Shown here: positions 26,522 through 34,418 of the stretch, piece after piece
Layout of the letters: each line of letters opens with the position of its first letter
Position numbering within the stretch: position 1 is the stretch's first letter
From: Eubacteriales bacterium
GTDB taxonomy: Bacteria > Bacillota > Clostridia > Oscillospirales > CAG-272
Assembly (NCBI GenBank): GCA_045615165.1
Contig: JAZLEH010000172.1
Coordinates: 1 to 38,944, forward strand
Reading direction: 5' to 3'
Length of the DNA: 38,944 nucleotides
Position numbers and translations under genes: made by a program
Notes under the pieces: model-generated
The model's input: only the letters and a program-made list of their open reading frames with translations
Databases searched by the model: none
Told to the model about the DNA's origin: nothing

Positions 26522-27138
26522 AAAAGGCAATGACGATAACCTATGAGGTTGACGGCGGTCTTTACGTAAACGTGACCAACCGTTGCTCCAACCGTTGTAG
26601 CTTTTGTATAAGAAATAATGACGACGGCGCGTATGGCTCAGAGTCACTTTGGCTTGAACGCGAGCCCACGGTTGAAGAGATTCTTGAAAGCATTTTTGCA
26701 AGGGATCTTTCAAAATATAAGGAGCTCGTTTTCTGTGGCTACGGTGAGCCGTCTTATCGCCTTGAAGACGTGCGCTCGGTCGCCCTCGAGACCAAAAGAC
26801 GCGCACCTCATCTTAAGATAAGGATCAACACAAACGGTCAATCCGACCTCATTTTCGGCAGAAACACCGCCCCCGATTACAAGGACGCCTTTGATTCTGT
26901 ATCGATCAGCCTTAACGCCTCAAACAGCGCGAGATATGCCGAGATATGCCACCCCGTGTTTAATTGCGATGTCCTTTCGGCAATTATTGAATTTGCAAAG
27001 AATGTAAATAAATATGTGCAAACTGTACAATTCTCGATTGTGAGACAGTTCCTTGGTGAAGAAGAGATCAAGGAATGCGAAAAGATTTCAAAAACCTCAT
27101 CGATCCCCCTCAGAATAAGAGAGTATATATCGAATTAA
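26518..27138 (+). CDS. TatD-associated radical SAM protein
   Basis: CSNRCSFC (CxxxCxxC) near the N-terminus. About 206 aa from ATG 26518, which overlaps the tatD stop as ATGA. AGGAGG lies upstream. Size and the tatD linkage match the TIGRFAMs family described as TatD-associated rSAM. Confidence 0.75.
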   Translation: MKKAMTITYEVDGGLYVNVTNRCSNRCSFCIRNNDDGAYGSESLWLEREPTVEEILESIFARDLSKYKELVFCGYGEPSYRLEDVRSVALETKRRAPHLKIRINTNGQSDLIFGRNTAPDYKDAFDSVSISLNASNSARYAEICHPVFNCDVLSAIIEFAKNVNKYVQTVQFSIVRQFLGEEEIKECEKISKTSSIPLRIREYISN

Positions 27139-28298
27139 AGCTCTGTTTTCGGGTGGTTGAACATAACCTCAAACATCATTAGGTATTCGATGGGGATTCT
27201 TCCGATATCAAAGCTTATTCCCATAAAGCCAAGCCAAGACACAAGCTCTAGCTTGGCTTTTATATTTTTCATAGACTCGTATGCAACTCGCACCTCGTTC
27301 TTTTTTGCGCCGAGATATCTTGTGTAAGAGAATGATGAGAGGAGCGTGTTTTCATCGTTTGTAATTTCTTTTCTCGCAGAGTAAGCGATGCTCTCGGCTT
27401 CCTCCTTCGTTATCTCCTCGTCATCCATATAAGCCGATGACGATATATCTATATACGCCTTGTACGCCTCGTTTTCCTCTGCGTAATCCGTCATGAACGC
27501 CCGCTCTCCCTCCGCAAAGCTTGGGGCGGGATCGAGGTGTGCCTTTTCGTAGAATAATATTGCGCCATCCGTCGCATCGCGCAGATGCACCATGTCGTTG
27601 CAGTCAATTTCGGTGTAGATTATAAGGTTGTTTTCCATCGCCCGTCTCTTGAGGCGTATCAAAAATTCTTCGAGCGCACCGTGGTTAGCTTTCGCCGCGT
27701 TATGAGCCACGAGCGTTATTCCGTCGTAACCGCCGTTTAGCGCCTCCGAAATTAGCCTCTCCCCATATTCCTCGGGGAAATCCGTGCCCTCGTCGTAAAC
27801 GCGCAAAAGGGTTATTTTACCCTGCTTTTTTGCAGATTCTCTTGCCTCACCGTCGTCAAACAGCTTCTTTATTCCCGTGCCGCATCTCTTAGCCGATGAT
27901 AGCGTGAGGTGCGTGAGATACGGAAGCGCAAGCGAAAGCCTCTCCATCGGCGTTGATTTGTAAAAATAGCCGTTTGCCATCGCAACGCCGTATTTTTTTG
28001 CATCGTGCTTAATCGAGAGTATTTGCCCCGGGTATATCTTGTCACCGCCGTATAAATATGGGTTGTATGCCCTGAGAGTCTCTTTCGTCGTCGAAAATCT
28101 TTCCGCGATTCTTTCAAGCTCGTCTCTTCCTCTTACCGTATAGGTGCGAGTCGGCGTGATTATAAGAAGCTCCTTTCCCACAGGGAGCGCATCGGGGTTC
28201 TTAAGCTCGTTATTTTCGATTATCTTCTGCGGGGAGGTGGAGTATTTCCGTGCAATATTGAATATACTCTCACCCGACTTAACGGTATGTATTATCAT
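27135..28298 (-). CDS. LysM-domain protein with GH18-like (YaaH/YdhD-like) C-terminal domain
   Basis: Two LysM repeats (HTVKSGESIFNIARKYSTSPQKIIENN; YTVRGRDELERIAERFSTTKETLRAYN) followed by a domain of about 290 aa. I prefer ATG 28298 (AAGGATGG Shine-Dalgarno) over the track start at 28325. Confidence 0.55.
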   Translation of the reverse strand: MIIHTVKSGESIFNIARKYSTSPQKIIENNELKNPDALPVGKELLIITPTRTYTVRGRDELERIAERFSTTKETLRAYNPYLYGGDKIYPGQILSIKHDAKKYGVAMANGYFYKSTPMERLSLALPYLTHLTLSSAKRCGTGIKKLFDDGEARESAKKQGKITLLRVYDEGTDFPEEYGERLISEALNGGYDGITLVAHNAAKANHGALEEFLIRLKRRAMENNLIIYTEIDCNDMVHLRDATDGAILFYEKAHLDPAPSFAEGERAFMTDYAEENEAYKAYIDISSSAYMDDEEITKEEAESIAYSARKEITNDENTLLSSFSYTRYLGAKKNEVRVAYESMKNIKAKLELVSWLGFMGISFDIGRIPIEYLMMFEVMFNHPKTEL

Positions 28299-28401
28299 AT
28301 AATACCATCCTTTCAAACTTTTCATTATTTATTGATATTCTATTCTCGCTTTGTATTATTTGCCACAAATTTGCAAATAATTTTTAAAAAAGGAGAATAT
28401 T

Positions 28402-29655
28402 ATGCCGCAAATAGCTAAAATTACCGCGCGTGAGATACTTGATTCGCGCGGAAATCCCACCGTTGAATCGGAGGTGACCCTTACAGACGGCTCTGTCGGA
28501 GTCGGACAAGTACCGTCGGGCGCATCAACGGGTATAAACGAAGCCGCAGAAAAGCGCGATAAAGACGATCCCCGATATCACAGAATGGGTGTCGAGGGTG
28601 CGGTCGCATCGGTCAACGAAATGATCTTTCCCGCCCTCGTTGGTATGGATGCCCACGACCTCGATGAAGCCGACTCTGTTATGATAGCACTTGACGGGGC
28701 GTATAATAAGTCGAATCTCGGAGCAAATGCAATTCTTTCTGTATCGATCGCACTGGCAAAGGCGGGTGCTGTGTCACTCGGTGTTTCGCTTTATCGTTAT
28801 CTCGGCGGTTTCCTTGTGAAAAAAATGCCCGTGCCGATGATGAATATCTTAAACGGCGGTGCGCACGCAGGCAATAATATTGATATTCAGGAGTTCATGA
28901 TCATTCCCATCGGAGCGGGGAGCTTTACTGACGGTGTGCGTATCTCGTCGGAAATATATCACACCTTAAGAAATCTTTTAAAGGTAAAGGGACTTTCAAC
29001 CTCGGTGGGCGATGAGGGCGGCTTCGCTCCAAGTCTTAACGATGAGCGTGAGGCAATAGAGATTATAATCGAAGCGATCGAAAAATCGGGCTACTCGGCA
29101 GGGCGCGAGGTTGTGCTCGGACTTGATATTGCGTCATCCGAGTGGCTGACAGACGGCGGTTATTCTCTCCCGAAGGCAAAAAGAAAAATGACCTCCGACG
29201 AGCTTATCGAGCTTGTCGAATCCCTCGTCAATAGCTATCCGATCCTAAGCGTTGAGGACGCCGTTGGAGAAACCGACTTCTTCGGATGGAAGCGCCTCAC
29301 CGAGCGCCTTTCGGAAAAATGCATCCTCGTCGGAGACGATCTGTTCGTCACAGATCCCGAGAGAGTCCGTAATGGAATTGCGGAGGGTATGGCGAACGCC
29401 GTCCTTATCAAGCCGAATCAGGTGGGAACCGTCACCGAAACGGCAGATGCCGTAAGGGCGGCAAGCCTCGGCGGATATAAAACGATAATGTCGCACCGAA
29501 GCGGAGACACCGAGGACACTTTCATTGCCGACCTTGCGGTTGCACTATCCTGCGACTTTATAAAATGCGGCGCACCGACCCGCTCGGAGCGTACGGCAAA
29601 ATATAATCGGCTGATGAAGATCGAATCAGAGCTTTTTTCTTCAAATTACGGCTAA
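28402..29655 (+). CDS. eno: enolase (phosphopyruvate hydratase), somewhat divergent
   Basis: REILDSRGNPTVE, SGASTG, DEGGFAP, LDIASSE, SVEDA, VGDDLFVT, LIKPNQVG, SHRSGDTED and IKCGAP..SERTAKYN. All metal and catalytic positions I know for enolase are present. Confidence 0.9.
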   Translation: MPQIAKITAREILDSRGNPTVESEVTLTDGSVGVGQVPSGASTGINEAAEKRDKDDPRYHRMGVEGAVASVNEMIFPALVGMDAHDLDEADSVMIALDGAYNKSNLGANAILSVSIALAKAGAVSLGVSLYRYLGGFLVKKMPVPMMNILNGGAHAGNNIDIQEFMIIPIGAGSFTDGVRISSEIYHTLRNLLKVKGLSTSVGDEGGFAPSLNDEREAIEIIIEAIEKSGYSAGREVVLGLDIASSEWLTDGGYSLPKAKRKMTSDELIELVESLVNSYPILSVEDAVGETDFFGWKRLTERLSEKCILVGDDLFVTDPERVRNGIAEGMANAVLIKPNQVGTVTETADAVRAASLGGYKTIMSHRSGDTEDTFIADLAVALSCDFIKCGAPTRSERTAKYNRLMKIESELFSSNYG

Positions 29656-29753
29656 AGTGGGGAATAAATCTCTTAAATATCTGATTTATCGCGTTTAAAT
29701 TCTCACAATTTTCAAAATCTACACATAAAAGTGTGGACGATTCCCTTAAATAC

Positions 29754-29786
29754 AAAAAAGCCTTTTCGCAAGGAAAAGGCTTTTTT
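29754..29786. terminator. bidirectional intrinsic terminator
   Basis: AAAAAA-GCCTTTTC-GCAAG-GAAAAGGC-TTTTTT, lying between eno (+) and the stop of the Gfo/Idh/MocA gene (29795, -). Confidence 0.85.
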
Positions 29787-29794
29787 GTATTGCT

Positions 29795-31054
29795 TTATTT
29801 GGTTTTCCAATCGAGAACTTCCCAATCGGACGGAGCATCGCCAAGGTCGATAACGTCCATAAGCTCGCCGCCCGCAAGTGCGGATTTGTGCGCCGTGAGT
29901 CCGGGAATATTCCATCTCGCAACCTCCCAAATGTTACAAGGGGAGAGCTTGCCGGTCGCATAAGCACGGCAGAAATCGTCGATAAGGAAGTGATGAGTTC
30001 CGTTGTGACCGTTGTGGATTCCCTCAAATTCCTTCGGGAGTCTCTCGGTCGGCTGAACGGGAGAGGTAAGTCTGAATCCGAAGCCGTCTGCAATCTGCTG
30101 GATAGCCTCGTCGTAATTTTCGTTTATCATTTCGGTGGCTTCCTTGGGCATAAGCTTGTCGGTAACGTCAGTCATAGTAACGCTTGTGGGATCATCCTCG
30201 CGGAATTTTGCAAGGTGATGCTTCGCAACCGAAAATTCGTATGCGCCGTCAGTGCCGTAATACTGCGAAATATAGGTTTCGGGTGCGCGCCAACCAACGC
30301 ATCTGTTCTCGCTGATTCTTGCAACACCGCCGTTTGAAAGCTGAAGAAGCATCGTCGTGTTGGAGAACGGGTTGTTGTAAAGGTTCTGTCCGTCAGTGCC
30401 GTAAATATCGGTTCTCGGGCTTCCTGCAAATCCGAGCGCGGAAACCTTCTTCGCATAAACACCCGGCATAGTGCTGAGGATCATTGCAGTTGAGTGGGTG
30501 GGGTAGTACATAGGGGGGATTCCCGCGAACTTCTTCCAGTCCTCTCCGCCGGAGCTTCTGAAGCTGTTTTCCATATTTCTTATATCGTGGTTGTAGTGCG
30601 CTTCGCCGTAAGCAAATTCACCGAAAGTGCCCTTTGCATATTCCTCGCGGCAGAAGATCGCGGGTGCTCTGTAAAATCCGGTCTCTCCCATAGAGTAGGT
30701 GAGTCTCGTCTCTCTTACGAGTCTTTCGATCTCCTTAATCTCCTCGATGTCGATCGAGCAGGGAACTGAGCTATAAACGTGCTTTCCCGCCTTAAGTGCC
30801 TTGATCGCCATACCGCCGTGGAGGTATCTCTGCGTGAATATCGCAATGGAGTTTACCTCGCTTGAAGCAAGTGCCTCTTCAAAGCTACCGATTATATCAA
30901 CTCCGAACTGCTCGGAATAAGCCTTTGCTCTCTCGGGGATAAGGTCGCAAACGTAAACCTTTTTAACCTCGGGATGTGCCTTGAAGAGCGGAACGAAGTT
31001 CTTTGCAAATCTTCCGCATCCGATCACCGCAATAACTATTTTATCCTTTTTCAT
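29795..31054 (-). CDS. Gfo/Idh/MocA-family NAD(P)-dependent oxidoreductase (divergent)
   Basis: 419 aa. N-terminal Rossmann IAVIGCGRFA...VCDL and ALKAGKHVYSSVP, where SVP replaces the canonical EKP. It is the last gene of the minus-strand operon. Its ATG is 3 nt after the upstream stop. Confidence 0.75.
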   Translation of the reverse strand: MKKDKIVIAVIGCGRFAKNFVPLFKAHPEVKKVYVCDLIPERAKAYSEQFGVDIIGSFEEALASSEVNSIAIFTQRYLHGGMAIKALKAGKHVYSSVPCSIDIEEIKEIERLVRETRLTYSMGETGFYRAPAIFCREEYAKGTFGEFAYGEAHYNHDIRNMENSFRSSGGEDWKKFAGIPPMYYPTHSTAMILSTMPGVYAKKVSALGFAGSPRTDIYGTDGQNLYNNPFSNTTMLLQLSNGGVARISENRCVGWRAPETYISQYYGTDGAYEFSVAKHHLAKFREDDPTSVTMTDVTDKLMPKEATEMINENYDEAIQQIADGFGFRLTSPVQPTERLPKEFEGIHNGHNGTHHFLIDDFCRAYATGKLSPCNIWEVARWNIPGLTAHKSALAGGELMDVIDLGDAPSDWEVLDWKTK

Positions 31055-31057
31055 GCC

Positions 31058-32539
31058 TTAAACCTCTTTCTTAAATATCATATAACCGTCAATACCCTCA
31101 AACACGTATTGACCGCTTCTTTTAACGAGCATCGTTGCCTCGTCACCCGTGAATGCTATATGTATCGCAAGACAGCCAAAGAAGGTGTCCGTTACCTGTA
31201 AGAGAATTGCAAAGGTGTCCTTATCGACCCATCCTGCGGAGCTGTTCGCATCATACGTGCCCTCCTCGTAAACGCCCATCATATCGGCGCGCGCACGAGT
31301 GCCAAAGGAGAATTTCGTCTCCTTGTTTTTAAGAATTCCGAATTCAAGCGTAAGCTCTTTTCCATCCATTCCTATGTTAAGAGAATCCTTGTTAAGAGTG
31401 AATGAATCGAAGGGAAGGTGACCCTTCACCTTGTTATACTTAGCTCCGATAACCTCACCCGAGATCCTTGAATCAGCCTCTCCGTATTGCGCAACGAGCT
31501 CGCGCGATGAAAGGTATTCCGTAAGTGCCAAAGAAGACTTTTTATTCTTTCTAAGCGGTTTGTTTGCGACTTTAGGGAGAAAGTGCTTGTAATACTCGTG
31601 GAAGAGCACGTGTCTCTCCGTTTTTTCCGCCTGGTTATCCGATGTTATAACGAAGCAAATATCGTTCTTCATATCGCATATCGCAAGCTGATCGCCCATG
31701 CCCGTAAGGGTGAATCCGTCGGGATGCGTTTTCCATATAAGATATCCGTATCCCTGCGTGCTATAAAGGCTATGCGTGCCCGTAAAATCGTTGTGCGAAA
31801 GCTTCTTTATCGCATCCTCCATAAAGGTGCGGTCGATATACTGCTTTCCGCCCCATTCGCCGCCTCTCATTATAAAGCGCGCGAATATGAGAAGATCCTT
31901 TGCCGTGCACATAACGCCCGAGTCGCCTATGGCGTAGCCGCCCGGCTCGCGCAAAACGTAGCTCTCCTTTGAAAATCCGAGATCGTAAAGGCAGTTTTCC
32001 TTAAGATATTCAAGGAAGGTCTTTCCCGTGAGCTTTTCAATAATGCATCCAAGCAGGAATGAGCCGATACTGTCGTACTTATAGAGTCCGCCCGGTACTT
32101 TATCGCTCGTTTGCGTGTAGTACGCCTTAACTCTGTCGTCGAATTTGCCCCACCAGTTAACGCCCGTTCCAATGTTTGAGCGCATCATAAGCATATCCCT
32201 GATAGTGCATTTTCCGTAATACTCGTCAAAGTTTTCGTTCTTGTATTCGGGGAGGTAGTCGGTAATTACGTCATCGAGCTTAAAGAGTCCGTTCGTGATA
32301 GCAAGCCCTGTCGCAATACCCGTAAAGCTCTTTGAAACGGAGTACATTCTGTGAAGAAAGTCCTTGTTAAAGGGCTTGTAATGGCACTCTGCGAATATAT
32401 TCTCGCCCTTTGCCATAATTATCGAGTGCGTGTGCATCCTGCGCTCGTCAAGAGTTTTTATAAAATCAAGAACGAGCTCGGATGAAACTCCCGCCTCTTC
32501 GGGAGTTATATAGCTGAAGATGTCCATATCATCACTCAT
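31058..32539 (-). CDS. beta-lactamase-fold serine hydrolase (class C / PBP4-like family)
   Basis: 493 aa. S-x-x-K nucleophile motif (YSVSKSF) at about residue 67. No signal peptide. ATG 32539 overlaps the upstream gene by 8 nt. An alternative ATG at 32527 lies 4 nt after that stop. Confidence 0.7.
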   Translation of the reverse strand: MSDDMDIFSYITPEEAGVSSELVLDFIKTLDERRMHTHSIIMAKGENIFAECHYKPFNKDFLHRMYSVSKSFTGIATGLAITNGLFKLDDVITDYLPEYKNENFDEYYGKCTIRDMLMMRSNIGTGVNWWGKFDDRVKAYYTQTSDKVPGGLYKYDSIGSFLLGCIIEKLTGKTFLEYLKENCLYDLGFSKESYVLREPGGYAIGDSGVMCTAKDLLIFARFIMRGGEWGGKQYIDRTFMEDAIKKLSHNDFTGTHSLYSTQGYGYLIWKTHPDGFTLTGMGDQLAICDMKNDICFVITSDNQAEKTERHVLFHEYYKHFLPKVANKPLRKNKKSSLALTEYLSSRELVAQYGEADSRISGEVIGAKYNKVKGHLPFDSFTLNKDSLNIGMDGKELTLEFGILKNKETKFSFGTRARADMMGVYEEGTYDANSSAGWVDKDTFAILLQVTDTFFGCLAIHIAFTGDEATMLVKRSGQYVFEGIDGYMIFKKEV

Positions 32540-33509
32540 CCTTCGTAAAATCCCATTCTTTTTCGCGCTTTAAGGTCTCGTACTGCTTCGTTGAGAGCTT
32601 CCAATCCTCGCCCTCTCTGAATTTAGTCTTAAAGCTCTTTTTAAGAACGCCCTTTTCCTCAAGGTGGATGTAGCAGGCCCTGTCACACGCTCTTCCGCAA
32701 ATCGATGTGCGGTAGAAATGCTTTGACGGAGGATAGAAATAGGTCGCGCGAAGAATGTCCTGCGCCTCTTCAACCGAGAACTCGGCAACTCCGTTTATGA
32801 TATCGAGTCTGTTATCGAATCCGATATACGCCTCAGGGGGCATAAAGGGGTTCTTCGAGCCGTTTGCACCGTTGTAATATACCGCGCATCTCCAGGTGTC
32901 AACAGTGCCGTCCTCTCCGATAGCACCGCCGTGGCACGCCTTGATGCACTCGCCGCAATTATCGCAGAGCGAGGGCTCTTCAAGCTCGGTCTGTTCTATC
33001 ACAGCATCCGTAAGGATGAAGCAGTAGCGGATAAACGGACCGTACTCGTTATTTATAATAGTATTTTTGATGCTTCTTTCACCGAGTCCGCATTTTACAG
33101 CGCAGTCAATAAAATCGATCTGATGCTCTGCAGTAACGCCGTGTCTTACGAACTCAAAGTCAACCTCGGGGTTTGTGCCCTCGGTCTCGTTCATAATAAG
33201 CTGGTTTCTTCTCTGCGGAATTGCGAGGAAGCCCTCTTCCTCGATGAGGTTTGAAACGTTTATAAGCGCGAGGGGCATAACCGTTTCCTCAAGGTTTTCA
33301 ATGCCCATCGTGGTGTACTGATAATAGGTCGTGCCCTCTTCAACTGTGCGGTACGCTCCGCGAAGCACTCTGAAGCCGAGACCGATAACGGTCTTAACGC
33401 TCGGCATTATATCGAAGATCGCATCGCCCTTATCAAATCTTTCGATCGAAGCAAATCCAACTACGTCTGCATCGTATCTTTTTGCAAGCTCAATTATCTT
33501 CTGCTTCAT
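32532..33509 (-). CDS. RdhA/QueG-superfamily-like iron-sulfur protein (paralog 3)
   Basis: 325 aa. LAKRYDADVVGFAS, VKTVIGLGF, AVKCGLGE....NNEYGP, then CDNCGECIKACH and CGRACDRAC. Its ATG overlaps the upstream stop as ATGA (33506..33509). Confidence 0.6.
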   Translation of the reverse strand: MKQKIIELAKRYDADVVGFASIERFDKGDAIFDIMPSVKTVIGLGFRVLRGAYRTVEEGTTYYQYTTMGIENLEETVMPLALINVSNLIEEEGFLAIPQRRNQLIMNETEGTNPEVDFEFVRHGVTAEHQIDFIDCAVKCGLGERSIKNTIINNEYGPFIRYCFILTDAVIEQTELEEPSLCDNCGECIKACHGGAIGEDGTVDTWRCAVYYNGANGSKNPFMPPEAYIGFDNRLDIINGVAEFSVEEAQDILRATYFYPPSKHFYRTSICGRACDRACYIHLEEKGVLKKSFKTKFREGEDWKLSTKQYETLKREKEWDFTKDE

Positions 33510-34408
33510 ATCTTATTCTCCTTTTTAAGATGCTCGTAGCAAACCGTCTCGCATCCCTTTGCGCAAAGGCAGGGAACGTAGCCAAAATGCGTGTTCGGGA
33601 GGAAATCAAGGCTCGGATACAAAGCCGTTGCCGATTCCTTGTCGAATCTCTTCTCACCGTTAAGTATAGCCTCTCTCTCGGGGTGTTCCTTAAGGAAATC
33701 GTCGGTCATAAACGGGTTGGATTTATGCGCACCTCTGTAATAAACACTGCATTGCCAGCTATCAGGGCCGTTTTCGTCAATGGCTTTACCCGGGCAGGCA
33801 TCAAGGCACTTGCCGCATCCGTCGCAAAGGCTCTCGCCAAACGGCTCGTCAAATTCAAGCGGCATATCCGTTATAATGAAAACGAAACGCATAAAAGTTC
33901 CGTATTTCGGGGTTATGATCTTGCCGTGCATACCAACCTTGCCGAGTCCGCAAACCTCTGCGGCGCGGTTAAAGTCTATAAGAACCTCGGGCGCGGGCTT
34001 GCCCTCTTCAACGGGGCAGGAATGCACGAGCTCGTAAACCTGTGAAACCTCGGGATTCATCGTCTTGTCGCCCTTAAGCTTAAGACCCGGAACGGTTCTT
34101 TGAAGGCAGGCATCGTATCCCGCGTTTTCAATAACGTTACCTATTCTGAAAAGGAATATTTCGGAGAAGGATTCGTCAATATACTTAACTCCGAGATTAA
34201 CGTAGTTATAATATTGGCTCTTGTCCTTCATCGCGGCGTAAAGACCGCGCGGAACTTTAATTCCGAATCCGATTATGCTCTTTGCTTTCGGGAGAATAGA
34301 GAAAGGGTTTCTCTCCGCGGGCTCGTCTCTCATAAGCTCAACGTTTCCGACGCCGCATATAGTCGCGCCGAACTTTTTCGCAAGCTCTTTTATGTATTCA
34401 CTCGTCAT
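33506..34408 (-). CDS. RdhA/QueG-superfamily-like iron-sulfur protein (paralog 2)
   Basis: I prefer ATG 34408 (MTSEYIKELAKKFGATICGVGN..., GAGGTG Shine-Dalgarno 6 nt upstream), giving 300 aa. The track start at 34498 would overlap the upstream gene by 80 nt. Motifs: KAKSIIGFGI, AAEVCGLGKVGMHGKIITPKYGT, CDGCGKCLDACP, CLCAKGCETVC. Confidence 0.6.
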   Translation of the reverse strand: MTSEYIKELAKKFGATICGVGNVELMRDEPAERNPFSILPKAKSIIGFGIKVPRGLYAAMKDKSQYYNYVNLGVKYIDESFSEIFLFRIGNVIENAGYDACLQRTVPGLKLKGDKTMNPEVSQVYELVHSCPVEEGKPAPEVLIDFNRAAEVCGLGKVGMHGKIITPKYGTFMRFVFIITDMPLEFDEPFGESLCDGCGKCLDACPGKAIDENGPDSWQCSVYYRGAHKSNPFMTDDFLKEHPEREAILNGEKRFDKESATALYPSLDFLPNTHFGYVPCLCAKGCETVCYEHLKKENKI

Positions 34409-34418
34409 TTCATTCACC

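Noticed and set aside
28326-28401. 10-nt palindrome ATTTGCAAAT upstream of eno as a regulator site
   Set aside because: It is a short AT-rich palindrome in an AT-rich promoter region. It does not resemble any operator I know for glycolytic genes, so chance occurrence is likely.
28402-29655. Divergent or short enolase (417 aa; SGDTED instead of SGETED, IKCG instead of IKTG) as a possible non-glycolytic paralog
   Set aside because: All the metal-binding and catalytic positions I can place are intact: SGASTG Ser, QEFMI Glu, DEGGFAP Glu, DIASSE Asp, VED Glu, GDD Asp, IKPNQ Lys, SHRSG His and IKCG Lys. The most economical reading is an ordinary functional enolase.
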